DNA of 64,000 nt from assembly GCA_023394875.1 (NCBI GenBank), contig JAEXAB010000003.1, positions 364,334 through 428,333 on the forward strand. The letters are read 5' to 3'. The notes beneath the pieces are model-generated. The model saw only the letters and a program-made list of their open reading frames with translations. It ran no database searches and was not told where the DNA came from. This document shows, in pieces, positions 21,501-28,641 of the stretch. A program made the position numbers and the translations under genes. This DNA is from Bacillota bacterium (lineage in GTDB: Bacteria; Bacillota; Clostridia; Christensenellales; DTU072). Positions within the stretch are counted from its first letter, which is position 1. Each line of letters opens with the position of its first letter.

Positions 21501-22295
21501 GTTTTTTACCACCAAAGTAAAGGAGCTGTCCGTTGTGACAACGTCCCCGTCGCCGTTAAGCCAGCCTCTGCTTTGCCTGTCCTCTACGGCAAGCGCGCTT
21601 ATAACTACTTCTTCATCTAAGTGATAATAAAAATCGTTGGTAACCAAAGAAGCTCCGTCGCCGTTGGTTACGCTAACTTTATAAATAGGCTTTTCTTGAT
21701 ACTTAGCCTCCAATAATATGTTTTCTTCGTCAAGATAATTGCCTTTGGATACGCCCTTGTCGTCGGTATAGGCTTTGGAAGAATAAAACCATCCCAAAAA
21801 GTAGTAGTTCTTCAAGGTAGGCACAGGCAAAGTGTAGCCCTGTCCGTAAAGGACGGTAAAGGAACTAACTTCCGCCTCTCCTTCGTCCGCATCAAGAAAA
21901 ACAGTATAAATATCGGTATAAACGGCGGTAAGGGTTACGTCGTTATTGATAGTAAAAGTAAAAGACCTGTTTTCGGTTACTTTTGACGCCTCAAACTCCC
22001 AATACAAAAACGCCTTGTCAGTTTCGTCGGCATTTACCGTTACGCTATCCCCTTGATTATATGTATATTTTTTTATACCGTTGCCGTTGTTTACGGTAAG
22101 GGTGTAAGTTTTTGTAGTGGGAGTTGGCGGATTACCGTTGTTATCTTGTGGATTTGGTTGCAGAATTACTGCGCCGCCGTCATCCTTAATAGTTTCTTCC
22201 CCGCAGGAGACCAGCAAAAGACAGGTTAGCATCATCACTATCGCTATAGCTAATAATGTTAGTAACCTTCTCTTCATACTACCTCCGAAATACAT
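12123..22295 (-). CDS. Giant surface lipoprotein with an N-terminal Listeria-Bacteroides (Flg_new-like) B-repeat region and a C-terminal BspA-type LRR array of about 2100 aa
   Basis: One uninterrupted 3390-aa ORF. The signal peptide and lipobox (MKRRLLTLLAIAIVMMLTCLLLVSC) begin at the second ATG, 22277, which has a GGAGGT RBS. Motifs such as HY.F.GW...MPA.D recur six times. Dozens of I.IP.SVT.IG..AF..C..L repeats follow. Confidence 0.9.
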   Translation of the reverse strand: MYFGGSMKRRLLTLLAIAIVMMLTCLLLVSCGEETIKDDGGAVILQPNPQDNNGNPPTPTTKTYTLTVNNGNGIKKYTYNQGDSVTVNADETDKAFLYWEFEASKVTENRSFTFTINNDVTLTAVYTDIYTVFLDADEGEAEVSSFTVLYGQGYTLPVPTLKNYYFLGWFYSSKAYTDDKGVSKGNYLDEENILLEAKYQEKPIYKVSVTNGDGASLVTNDFYYHLDEEVVISALAVEDRQSRGWLNGDGDVVTTDSSFTLVVKNNLTLVARYVEAYRVEVSGGNGQGIYEKGTVITVNFTVAASGKEFVGWKIDGEEEPFTNERSFTHVVNGRIKFVAVTQDKLYSISYKVDNVVVQVDYYKFNQTIIPLAEPTREHYTFSSWTGLPPTMKMPARDIEVTGVFNIDKFQVNVINGSGTGSYGWNSVATAVATEPIGQRFSRWVDGVGNVISTANPYSFNVTSAVTLTAEFTKINYILRYEILVVGEDLANLKAYQSEINKSVGGIYASFELNYGDRTVVVPGNISCEHYLPFSGWSDVPTTMPAHDLTIYGTFTIEKHTITVYNGLTGEETTNVYDYNQEISISATVPTGYIFMHWKVGANEIVSYTNPYVFRVSGNKAYTAYINKGVYLVEYYIKAVYESDFELYQAQSYDFDEPIVKLSSPVRANHYFGNWSEIPDRMPAGNVRVEGIFYYNKHTVSIVDGKIIKKNGESITPSTSGTFDYNDQLTIKSDTITGKYFQNWKSAGLTISSLEEYTFTLTGNISFTANFGDTLYNVIYILDGDYDNPLWQYMYKYDQVIAVPDDPIQENYHFSGWTLEGGGEIPSRMPAYDLICVGEFIIDQHEVTIEYGFIVAVDGVTLETPITGGPYPYDYGTEFTIQAQLPIGKWFKKWITQYPNENYNVVDTPYAEYNGEYVYTLSKDIHLSAIFVPSRHTLTVNNDGRIVGYEVKSAIFDYNTAVSVANIGNQPGRRFVEIRMDGITVTTSTEYSFYIQTDTEIEVVYEYVSYKVEYFINGAGYDNFLYSSEYYIYTDVIETLPHPDYIEHYSFGGWQLIGYQVFPSVITNLDRNIIITGSYVIDKHTVNLTNGKITKVNGADLQTPLTQGTYDYGTSINIKADTIIGQYFVKWINDGGIIDVSTENEFTFGLGENVNYSAVYNYYDYEVKYYIIGAEYEENTPYLDTEEYLYHYGDSINYLDSPEEIIGYVFIGWYDIEGNSLPISMPDVDGRIINAYGRYEHIYSYELNDLETGYIVSRSENVSDDIYPSSIILPETYNGLPVVAVAPEGFVYLTTLTSVTVGDNILEIGQGSFRGCSNLQTIGLPFIGKNIDATGAEDKFEYIFDSLVPVSLTTVIIASDTAVGDYAFADLIYLEEVVLPNVIETIGSHAFYGCAALTSVNLPEGLISIGNNAFASCVALLEITIPSTVTDIGDDAFSGCSNVANIYYNAILLNDFNQANYVFNLRANNLNIIIGSTVTAIPAYLFYPVPVDLETPTTLANSVNVEFLSDDGIYSVTSIGAYAFFAVPITSISLPTTVTTIGVSAFERTDLTSLSLGASITEIGSRAFAEISNLNLNYGANITNVVDENTVIFYNTAGQLTIANNLSNIADYLFCNAAFSFVIFAENSQCISIGSYAFANNENLISIQIPSSVETIGGYAFANTKILSEIYFDAAELNNLTALSEVFCDSGIDSEGIVLTIGSSVLSIPEYLFYSVENSANVIGIVIEEGGQCVLIGKFAFYNLNNLVTVEQFELVRNIGESAFENCSGITEIVISAATRYIGTNAFANCSSIEIKCEVYAALGGWATDWKDITAPIEYNYNTIVNGDYIYALHGGKAFITKYNGLETEITVPAEIDSYTVMCFGNTYEGNENIVSIVIPDGIHQICDYAFSNCYSLTTVTYLGDINFIGKYAFNNCGSLTTFAIPPTITEISEGTFYNCSSLISVSGNKLNLSGISIIGEKAFYGCEDIEEITLSDLLSEIKAQTFAYCTSLIGITIPANVTIIAQDAFLGCAYLGYYLVDTNNIYFSASDGVLFNKDGSELIAYPVGDIRDTYEILSPVSSIAPYAFSHAVNLVSITIPNTVTVIGTGAFEYCVNLVTINYNAIDALTDNTCLFVSAGKEGSGIIITFGSDIINIPDNLFNDIDAFVIEIIFGENLLSIGQGAFVGAKITNITLPESLISIGNDAFRDTVLLETINYNPISLNNLLVDNGAFALAGTLSSGIIVYIGANVISIPDYIFSAGSDYEINIIELVYLSDALESIGKYAFYQAKLTEILITENVTFIGEKAFGNNTLVDTLNFNATLLSNSLATDNIFQNLGSALDEENYVSVIIGENVKNIPDYFAYNLIKVNFVTINSLELLRVGQFAFKGTSIVEITLPDGITEIGASAFENLNFSSLILPDSITTIGNNAFAGMNIIDSLTLPENLSIIGEGAFNNWEAITEITIPESVTRIGINAFGNATGLIIINYNAVSVADLYGNRAFDGAGSEASPVTVNIGSAVERIPNYLFVGCDYIQSVIFSGNENLVTIGEKAFYMLENLVSVVDLPSSVTSVGVSAFEGCILLTVISLTANTGNLIISDSAFSGCIGLVEVILASDSTLTAIGARAFYDCISLVTIDFGTEYILENIGDYAFYNCIALDLTLPSSIKNTVIEGQITGGIGISAFENCESLTSITIPNEVIIILEGAFKNCISLTTVVMHSNIEYIGESAFEGCTALSELTVPEKVTHIGNKAFYNCAGATTINYLPVAFGIEMENTENNNIFGNVGVDGAGADLVIGASVKKIPSFLFYGTLASSPKIISIVFETVSGMSSVQEIGIKAFYYAKDLQILVLPEGLLTIQDQAFANCLNLEQLTIPSSVTLIKYRAFANLNKLTDLVYNAVNCSDFNNDNTEINKTEVFIGMGNYSDEFYTNEGVLVIIGNLVETIPENMFYSLDNRAKIKEVVLELTTNLVTISNNAFFMQESLTTISNIGTTILIIGESAFYGCSSFVSAEVMEYATTVKNEAFYNCASLPALYLATNLETLGNTAVYMDCSSVENVYVNTTNLPRNPFVGYNTIFKGVGGEEGFILHIAENVNYIPDHFMHNFENFGIDGEIGEWTINIIELNIANPGIEIGDYAFAGVGKLTDVVLGITEADNIYAYIGDYAFYRCPDIIKVTLGNVMMKKSGDALLSTHTFAYSSVEELETVNFMQVPEIGPYAFYHCENLSVVNQNHDIVFRESVGWGYCDNQITTIGVYAFAYSGLVDVYLSAYISDIGAHAFEGCENMTTFRWPDNVLTIGDYAFYNCTSLAYTTNISFDMENEGTYMTNYVDLFEDGGMGTIIGKVINTLYIGYPMDKKKTVIRDIGEYAFKNTQLNISIELFNNLENVDLNAFTDMLGELRGVDFIPVVP
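18590..22100 (-). repeat. Coding repeat region of alternating beta-sandwich and Flg_new-like modules in the giant lipoprotein
   Basis: Super-repeat of about 150 aa seen in the translation, for example REHYTFSSWTGLPPTMKMPARD, CEHYLPFSGWSDVPTTMPAHD, ANHYFGNWSEIPDRMPAGN and QENYHFSGWTLEGGGEIPSRMPAYD. Boundaries are approximate. Confidence 0.6.
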
Positions 22296-22325
22296 ACTGC
22301 TCCGATTATATATAGCATATATAAT

Positions 22326-22354
22326 ACTATATTACTTTTTAAGTGTATTGTCAA
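22326..22354 (-). promoter_or_regulatory. Sigma-A-type promoter of the giant lipoprotein gene
   Basis: The minus strand reads TTGACA (22354-22349), a 17-nt spacer, then TATAGT (22331-22326). Confidence 0.5.
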
Positions 22355-22385
22355 TCCTAAACTTTCTTGCACTTTGCCAAAAATT

Positions 22386-22419
22386 AAAAACAGCAGCTTA
22401 AAATTTAGCTGCTGTTTTT
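22386..22419. terminator. Bidirectional rho-independent terminator
   Basis: AAAAA-CAGCAGCT-(8-nt loop)-AGCTGCTG-TTTTT, immediately downstream of the DUF4364-like gene. Confidence 0.75.
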
Positions 22420-22437
22420 GTTGTTTTTTTATAAAAA

Positions 22438-22968
22438 TCAGTCTATTATCATATCTAGGTAAATTTTGTAAACTTCGGTAGCTTTACTTTGCCAGGCGTT
22501 ACTTACGCTTACTGCCTTAGCTAAAGTGGGAACATCGAATTTGAACTCAAAAACAGGTTTTTCCAAATTAATGATAGCGCAATTTATCGTATAACCGCCG
22601 TCGTTGTTTTTGACGTAATTGCAAGCGAATTCCTGCTTTTTGCGGTAAATCAGTTTGTTATTTCTTATGTAGTTTGTGACGTCGTCCCTTACCGATTTGT
22701 AAATATCCTTGAAAAAATGGCTAAGACAAATTTTGCCGTCCTCGCTTATTGTAAGAACGTAGTCTTTTTTGCTGTTTTCATCCAATTTTCTGTTGATAAA
22801 ACGGGCGGCTGTTAGTTCCTGAATCATTTGCCCGAAACAAAAATAAGGTATCCAGTTGTTGTCCAACGAACACATTTGCAAAAGAATTTCCTCATTTATA
22901 GGCATTTCCAGCTTTTCTAGAATAAATAGAATCAGCAGTTTGCTTTTTATGTCCTCGTCGTTAATCAT
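22438..22968 (-). CDS. DUF4364-like putative transcriptional regulator
   Basis: 176 aa. The N-terminus KSKLLILFILEKLEMPINEEILLQM resembles the winged-helix-like start of clostridial DUF4364 proteins. Assigned from memory only. Confidence 0.5.
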   Translation of the reverse strand: MINDEDIKSKLLILFILEKLEMPINEEILLQMCSLDNNWIPYFCFGQMIQELTAARFINRKLDENSKKDYVLTISEDGKICLSHFFKDIYKSVRDDVTNYIRNNKLIYRKKQEFACNYVKNNDGGYTINCAIINLEKPVFEFKFDVPTLAKAVSVSNAWQSKATEVYKIYLDMIID

Positions 22969-23139
22969 CTTTTTCCTCGTAAAATTATATGCCGCGCTTC
23001 AATAAAAAAACACTGCAGAAAAGATTATACATAAAAAAAAACGTTATGTAAACACCTTTTTATTAATAAAAAAATTAAAAAAATTGACACCACAACATAT
23101 AGTATTTGTTAAAAAATCCGACCACTAGAAGGAAAATTT

Positions 23140-24345
23140 TTATTTTTCGGGCATCAGATTATTAAGCATATCTTTGTCGTGACTTTTATAAATAAGTTTC
23201 AGCAGTATGGGCGAAAGCAGGCTACTTAAAATAACCAACGTAGCGCCCAATACCAAGTAATTGGCTTCTATAAACCCTACTTGTATTCCTTTTTGCATAA
23301 TAATGAGGCATACCTCTCCGCGGGCAATCATGCCAACGCCGATAATTAAGGATTCCTTTACGCTGTTTTTCAAGCTCAAAGACGCCAAGAAGCAACCGCC
23401 CATTTTTGCCACAATGGCAACGGCGACAAAAGCTAAACAGAACCATAGCATACTCAAATTAAAGCCGGCAAAACTGGCGTTTATCCCGATACTGGCGAAG
23501 AACACAGGGGCAAAAATCATATATGCGCTGATTTCCACTTTTTTATCTACGTAGTCAGTCTCTTTTAGCCCTGCCATCATAATGCCGGCAAGATACGCTC
23601 CGGTAATGTCGGCAACGCCGAAAAATTTCTCTCCCACGTAGGCATACAGAAAGCATACTACAAGTCCGAAAATAGGCACTCTGCGCTTATGCGGAAACTT
23701 GTTTGCCAACCACTTGAACAGAAAATGTATGCCGATACCGACCACAATTGCCGCCACAAAGAATATACCGGTATTAAGGATTGTTCTTACGTAGCTTACT
23801 TCGGGGTTTTTCATACCGATTATGACGCTTAGTAAAATAATACCGATAACGTCGTCAATAATAGCCGCCGATAGAATAATCGTGCCGGCTTTGGATTTTA
23901 ATTTGCCCAGTTCCCGCAAAGTTTCTACTGTTATTGATACGCTTGTGGCGGTAATTATTACCCCTATAAAGATATTTTTTAGCACCCTTTCGGTGTCCAT
24001 ACCCTTAAAACCGCCGTTAAAAGCCGCGCTTACTACAAAGCCAAGAACAAGGGGAAGCAGTACGCCGGCAGCCGCCACCAATAACGATGCAAGCCAGTTG
24101 GATTTTATATCTTTTAAGTTGGTTTCCAGTCCGGCGCTGAACATTATTAAAATTACGCCCACTTCGGCAAGAACTTTCAACGTTGTGGAAGGGTTAACCC
24201 AACCTAAAATAGACGGACCCAACAACAATCCGCCGATTAAAGCGCCCACTACCTGGGGCAAGCCCATTTTCTTGAATATTATTCCTAGGAGTTTGGTAAA
24301 GAGTAATATCAGAGCAAGTTCTAACAAAATTGTATAGTCACTCAT
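23140..24345 (-). CDS. Cation:proton antiporter (CPA2 / Na+-H+ exchanger family)
   Basis: 401 aa, polytopic. The N-terminus LELALILLFTKLLGIIFKKMGLPQVVGALIGGLLLGPSILG is typical of the KefB/NapA family. Confidence 0.85.
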   Translation of the reverse strand: MSDYTILLELALILLFTKLLGIIFKKMGLPQVVGALIGGLLLGPSILGWVNPSTTLKVLAEVGVILIMFSAGLETNLKDIKSNWLASLLVAAAGVLLPLVLGFVVSAAFNGGFKGMDTERVLKNIFIGVIITATSVSITVETLRELGKLKSKAGTIILSAAIIDDVIGIILLSVIIGMKNPEVSYVRTILNTGIFFVAAIVVGIGIHFLFKWLANKFPHKRRVPIFGLVVCFLYAYVGEKFFGVADITGAYLAGIMMAGLKETDYVDKKVEISAYMIFAPVFFASIGINASFAGFNLSMLWFCLAFVAVAIVAKMGGCFLASLSLKNSVKESLIIGVGMIARGEVCLIIMQKGIQVGFIEANYLVLGATLVILSSLLSPILLKLIYKSHDKDMLNNLMPEK

Positions 24346-24383
24346 TTTTTTTATGCCTTCTTATCTATAGTATTAAAAATTAA

Positions 24384-24887
24384 TTAGTTTGTGCTGCCGA
24401 AACCGCCGTTTCGCATAGCAAATACTTGGTCGTCTTCGGTAATGCCGTATTCGGTAAAAATGCCTTGGCAAAAGCCTTTGCCTTTTTCCACTTCCACCGA
24501 CTTTTGTTCGTATGAGGCGTTGGTAATTTTGCAGAAAATATGCCCTTCGTTGTCGCTGAAATAATAATCGGAATCAATAATTCCCACAGTATTATCAAGT
24601 TGCAGACGGAACTTAAAGCCTAGTCCGCTTCTGGGAAAAATCTGCAGTAGCCAACCATCGTTTATTTTTACCCTTATTCCTGTGGGTATCGTAATACTTT
24701 GCCCCGAAGTAAGAGAAAAAGAAAAGGGCGCAAAAAAGTCATAACCTGCGCTGCCTAACGTCGCTCTGGCGGGGATTTTTATGTCCGAATATGCGTTTTT
24801 TGCTTCACTGTCCGAAAAACCTATCTTTTGCATAGCAGTTATAAAATTTTGTTCGCTCACTTTTTCGAATCTGGCTACTTTTTTCAT
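24384..24887 (-). CDS. dut: dUTP diphosphatase (trimeric dUTPase family)
   Basis: Motifs GSAGYDFFAP, GIIDSDYY and a C-terminal RNGGFGSTN. Confidence 0.85.
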   Translation of the reverse strand: MKKVARFEKVSEQNFITAMQKIGFSDSEAKNAYSDIKIPARATLGSAGYDFFAPFSFSLTSGQSITIPTGIRVKINDGWLLQIFPRSGLGFKFRLQLDNTVGIIDSDYYFSDNEGHIFCKITNASYEQKSVEVEKGKGFCQGIFTEYGITEDDQVFAMRNGGFGSTN

Positions 24888-24895
24888 AGTTTCTC

Positions 24896-26245
24896 CTAGT
24901 TCTTGTTCGCCCAGACAGGCGCGGGGATTCTGCCCCCTCTGGAAATAAATTTGTAGGGAGAAGAAAGGTTAATGGGCATAATGGGAGCGGTGCCCAACAG
25001 TCCGCCGAAACAAACGCTGCCTTCTTCCTTGCCGTATACGGGAATAATCCTTACCGCGGTGGTTTTGTTGTTAACAACACCTATTGCCGCTTCGTCTGCG
25101 ATAAGAGCGCTTATTACTTCGCTTGGCGTACTTCCGCTTACCGCTATCATATCAAGTCCAACGCTACATATAGAAGTCATTGCCTCAAGCTTTTCTATTT
25201 TGAGAACACCTTTTTTTACTGCCTCTATCATACCTATATCTTCGCTTACCGGTATAAAAGCTCCGCTAAGTCCGCCTACGTGAGAGCTTGCCATAATGCC
25301 CCCTTTCTTCACTGCGTCGTTAAGTAAAGCTAGACACGCGGTAGTGCCGCAGCCGCCTACGCATTCCAGCCCGATTTCTTCTAAAATATGAGCAACGGAG
25401 TCGCCCATAATGGGAGTGGGGGCAAGACTTAGGTCTACTATGCCGAAATTAGCATTTAATCTACGGCTGGCTTCCTGGGCTACGTACTGACCTACTCTGG
25501 TTATTTTATAGGCCACTTTTTTTATTGTTTCCGACACTTCGCTAAGGTCGCCGTTCTTTACTTTTTCCAAAGCAACCTTTACAACGCCGGGGCCGCTTAC
25601 ACCTACGTTTATCATGGTGTCGCCCTCTCCCACGCCGTGGAAAGCTCCCGCCATAAAAGGATTATCCTCTACGGCATTGGCAAAAACAACCAACTTGGCG
25701 CAACCGATACTGTTGTTATCTCTGGTTAGATATGCCGTCTTTTTTATTATGTCGCCCATTATTTTGACGGCGTCCATATTGATTCCCGATTTTGTGGACG
25801 CGATATTTACCGAAGAACAGACCTTGTTAGTTACCGAAAGCGCTTCGGGTATTGTTTCCAAAAATTCTCTTTCGAAAGCCGTCATACCTTTATGGACCAA
25901 CGCCGAATAACCGCCGATAAAATCAACGCCGATTTCGGTGGCGCATCTATCCAATGTTTTGGCTATTTCCACGCTCCTGCCCGTTTTACCTACCAAAAGA
26001 CTTATCGGAGTAACCGATACTCTTTTATTTACGATAGGTATGCCCGTTTCGCTGCTAATCTCGTTGCCTACTTTTACTAGCCTTGAGGCTTTTTCGACAA
26101 TTTTGCTGTGGACTCTTTCGCAGGTTTCTTCAACGGTGTTACCGATACAGTCAAGTAAGGATATACCCATGGTTATGGTTCTTACGTCCAGATGCTGAGA
26201 TTTTATCATCTCATTGGTTTCTAAAACCTCGTTAATTGAAATCAT
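24896..26245 (-). CDS. UPF0210 / DUF711 (PFL-like) family protein
   Basis: 449 aa. The N-terminus ...[23 protein letters not shown] is characteristic of UPF0210. It is paired with an upstream ACT-domain gene. Confidence 0.8.
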   Translation of the reverse strand: MISINEVLETNEMIKSQHLDVRTITMGISLLDCIGNTVEETCERVHSKIVEKASRLVKVGNEISSETGIPIVNKRVSVTPISLLVGKTGRSVEIAKTLDRCATEIGVDFIGGYSALVHKGMTAFEREFLETIPEALSVTNKVCSSVNIASTKSGINMDAVKIMGDIIKKTAYLTRDNNSIGCAKLVVFANAVEDNPFMAGAFHGVGEGDTMINVGVSGPGVVKVALEKVKNGDLSEVSETIKKVAYKITRVGQYVAQEASRRLNANFGIVDLSLAPTPIMGDSVAHILEEIGLECVGGCGTTACLALLNDAVKKGGIMASSHVGGLSGAFIPVSEDIGMIEAVKKGVLKIEKLEAMTSICSVGLDMIAVSGSTPSEVISALIADEAAIGVVNNKTTAVRIIPVYGKEEGSVCFGGLLGTAPIMPINLSSPYKFISRGGRIPAPVWANKN

Positions 26246-26253
26246 AAATACCT

Positions 26254-26523
26254 CTAAATCCTGTGCATGCTGTTAAAAATAGCTTCGTTCTGGATATGAA
26301 TCTCCACTCCTATATCTTCGGCTGTTTCATGTAGTTTTTGGGACACGCCGTTAAAATCACAATCGGCGCCGGTTAAATCAACCAACATAATCATGGTAAA
26401 ATAATCCTGCATGACCGTTTGGGATATATCTTCGATATTTATGTTTAATTCAAAAAGGGCGTTACTTACCTTGGCGATTATTCCTTTCTTGTCTTTGCCG
26501 ATAACGGACACTATAGCTTTCAT
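26254..26523 (-). CDS. ACT domain protein (UPF0237 family)
   Basis: [49 protein letters not shown] at 26523 with a GGAG RBS; the ORF-track start at 26550 is less likely. Confidence 0.8.
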   Translation of the reverse strand: MKAIVSVIGKDKKGIIAKVSNALFELNINIEDISQTVMQDYFTMIMLVDLTGADCDFNGVSQKLHETAEDIGVEIHIQNEAIFNSMHRI

Positions 26524-26644
26524 ATATACTCCAATATTTTTTGCAATCAAAAATTTTCTACTATTATACCAAAAATCTTTCAGTTAGACAAATATCTACA
26601 AAGAAAATCAGTATTTTTTATTTTTTTCTACCCATAATTAGATT

Positions 26645-27175
26645 ATGAAAAAAATTATCAGTAAATCAAGCAAAAAAACCGACCAAAATAAGCTAATTGA
26701 ACTAATTAAAGAGCAGTCCGAACGGATAAACGAACTCCGTCAGGAAAACAGCGACCTTTTAGTTGCTTTAGAGGCCTATCGAAAAAAGGAAAAAGAAATT
26801 TCCGAACTCCTTTCCTTTGCCAAAAAGCAGAGCGAAGAGCTAAAAAGCGAAGCCAAAGTAAAACTTGCCTTAGAGTGTGAAAGGATAAAACTCTACCGCA
26901 AAAAGTGGTTGGCTGTCGCTGATATAAAAGACGGCATTGCTCTTGCCCAAAACTTTGAAAAAACCCTTTCCACCCTCAAAGTCTGCCAAAAGGAAATGGA
27001 AGAAATGCTGGCAAACGACCTTGGCGAAAGTATGCAGATATACCTAAAAGAACGCGACCGCATTGACGATGACCCGATACTTGACTATCAGGCAATTTTA
27101 TGCGACAAAAAAACCCCCGACAACATAGATAGTTTATCGGGGGAAGAAATCGAAGATCTTTTAAGACAATTATAA
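26645..27175 (+). CDS. Coiled-coil hypothetical protein (possibly DivIVA-like)
   Basis: 176 aa, rich in heptad-like E/K/L segments, with no transmembrane segment. No diagnostic motif recognised. Confidence 0.55.
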   Translation: MKKIISKSSKKTDQNKLIELIKEQSERINELRQENSDLLVALEAYRKKEKEISELLSFAKKQSEELKSEAKVKLALECERIKLYRKKWLAVADIKDGIALAQNFEKTLSTLKVCQKEMEEMLANDLGESMQIYLKERDRIDDDPILDYQAILCDKKTPDNIDSLSGEEIEDLLRQL

Positions 27176-27180
27176 AAAAA

Positions 27181-28605
27181 TCAGCACTTTTCCCTTCTTT
27201 GGACAATTTCTGAACGCATCTGTTCTTTTACGTTTTTGTCTATCTTATAGAAGAATACAGGCAATGCGGCTAAGAAAGAGCAAACACCGGGAATAAATAG
27301 AAACGCGGCGAAAACTATGTTCTGCATTTTAACAGAAATTGCATCTACTGCAATACCGCCGAAATACCCCGACGCGCCCACGATAAAGATACCGACCGCC
27401 ACGCTTAGCGCGTTACTTATCTTTATAGATAAACTAAGTACGGCAAACTGCGTACCTTCGGTACGTTTGCCCGTTTGCCATTCCCGATAGTCCACTATGT
27501 CGCTTACCATTACCATCGGCAAATATCCGTGCGGACCAAACATAATTCCCACAAAAAATTGATAGATAAGTATCGCCCACAGAGAGCGGAAAGCAGTACC
27601 GCCTAAGCCGTAGCAAAGCATAGCTATCAAACAAACCACAAGCCCGTAGATGCCAAAAACGATAAAGGTTTTCTTTTCCCCCCATTTTTTGTTGATTACA
27701 GGTACGGCAAGGATACTAATCATAGAAGATATTGCCGCCGTTATACCCACCAGCCAAGGAAGATTTTCTCCAGCCGCTTGATAATGGAAAGAGCCGATAG
27801 TAATATCAACGCCCTCTTTAAGGAGTACCGCCGAAGCCTGAACGGTTATACCCATAGCCATGTTTCTGCCGAAACCAAGCATAAAGGTTAAGAAAATTAT
27901 TAGTAGCATTTTGTTGTTCTTGAGTTCCATAACCATTTGCTTTAACGTCATTTTGTTGTTGGAGGAAACAACCAGTTCTTCGGTAAAGAAATATACCAGA
28001 ATATAAAGTACCAACCCAATAACGCCTATAAATAACGCGGTTATTAAAAACTCTTTTTCGGTTATTACGCTTGATTTTGTCAAAGCGCATACTACCGGCA
28101 CAACCAGTCCGGGCGCCGCTAGAGCAATTGATTTCATTACGTTGGTGATGCCCGCGGCGGCGTTTCTTTCTTCGCAATCGGGACTAAGAAGAGCCAGCAT
28201 ACCTTGACTGGGGATATCGGCAAAGCTCATAACTATGTTCCAAAGTATAGTGGTAACGGTAATATAAATATACATTGCGGTGTCGTTTACAAAGTTTATT
28301 TTTATAAACATAACCGTGGTAAGAACCGCCAAAGGTACCGAACTCATCAAAATAAAGGGCTTCATTTTGCCCGACTTGAAATTTGACCTGTCGATAAGAT
28401 TTCCGATAAACGGATCGGCAAGCGCGCTAATTACTTTAGCTATAAGAATAATCGCCGCGATTATCATAAGGTTGGCGTTGAATACCGTAGTATAAAACTG
28501 CGACTGGTAAGAGTTTATGTAGCCTATGAACAACTGCATTCCGAATATCCCGAATGCATATATCCACATAGAACTCGCTTTCATGTATTTTTTCTGCCCT
28601 GCCAT
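27181..28605 (-). CDS. MFS transporter, glycoside-pentoside-hexuronide (GPH):cation symporter family
   Basis: 474 aa with about 12 transmembrane segments. The DPFIGNLIDRS..GKMKPFIL motif is typical of the MelB/GPH family. Confidence 0.85.
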   Translation of the reverse strand: MAGQKKYMKASSMWIYAFGIFGMQLFIGYINSYQSQFYTTVFNANLMIIAAIILIAKVISALADPFIGNLIDRSNFKSGKMKPFILMSSVPLAVLTTVMFIKINFVNDTAMYIYITVTTILWNIVMSFADIPSQGMLALLSPDCEERNAAAGITNVMKSIALAAPGLVVPVVCALTKSSVITEKEFLITALFIGVIGLVLYILVYFFTEELVVSSNNKMTLKQMVMELKNNKMLLIIFLTFMLGFGRNMAMGITVQASAVLLKEGVDITIGSFHYQAAGENLPWLVGITAAISSMISILAVPVINKKWGEKKTFIVFGIYGLVVCLIAMLCYGLGGTAFRSLWAILIYQFFVGIMFGPHGYLPMVMVSDIVDYREWQTGKRTEGTQFAVLSLSIKISNALSVAVGIFIVGASGYFGGIAVDAISVKMQNIVFAAFLFIPGVCSFLAALPVFFYKIDKNVKEQMRSEIVQRREKC

Positions 28606-28641
28606 AATCCACCTATCCTTTTTATTGAATTTCGGTTATTT

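Noticed and set aside
23822-24337. A 171-aa plus-strand ORF inside the antiporter gene.
   Set aside because: It is antisense to a clear CPA2 transporter gene. The translation is Pro/Ser/Thr/Ile-rich, typical of a reverse-frame artefact.
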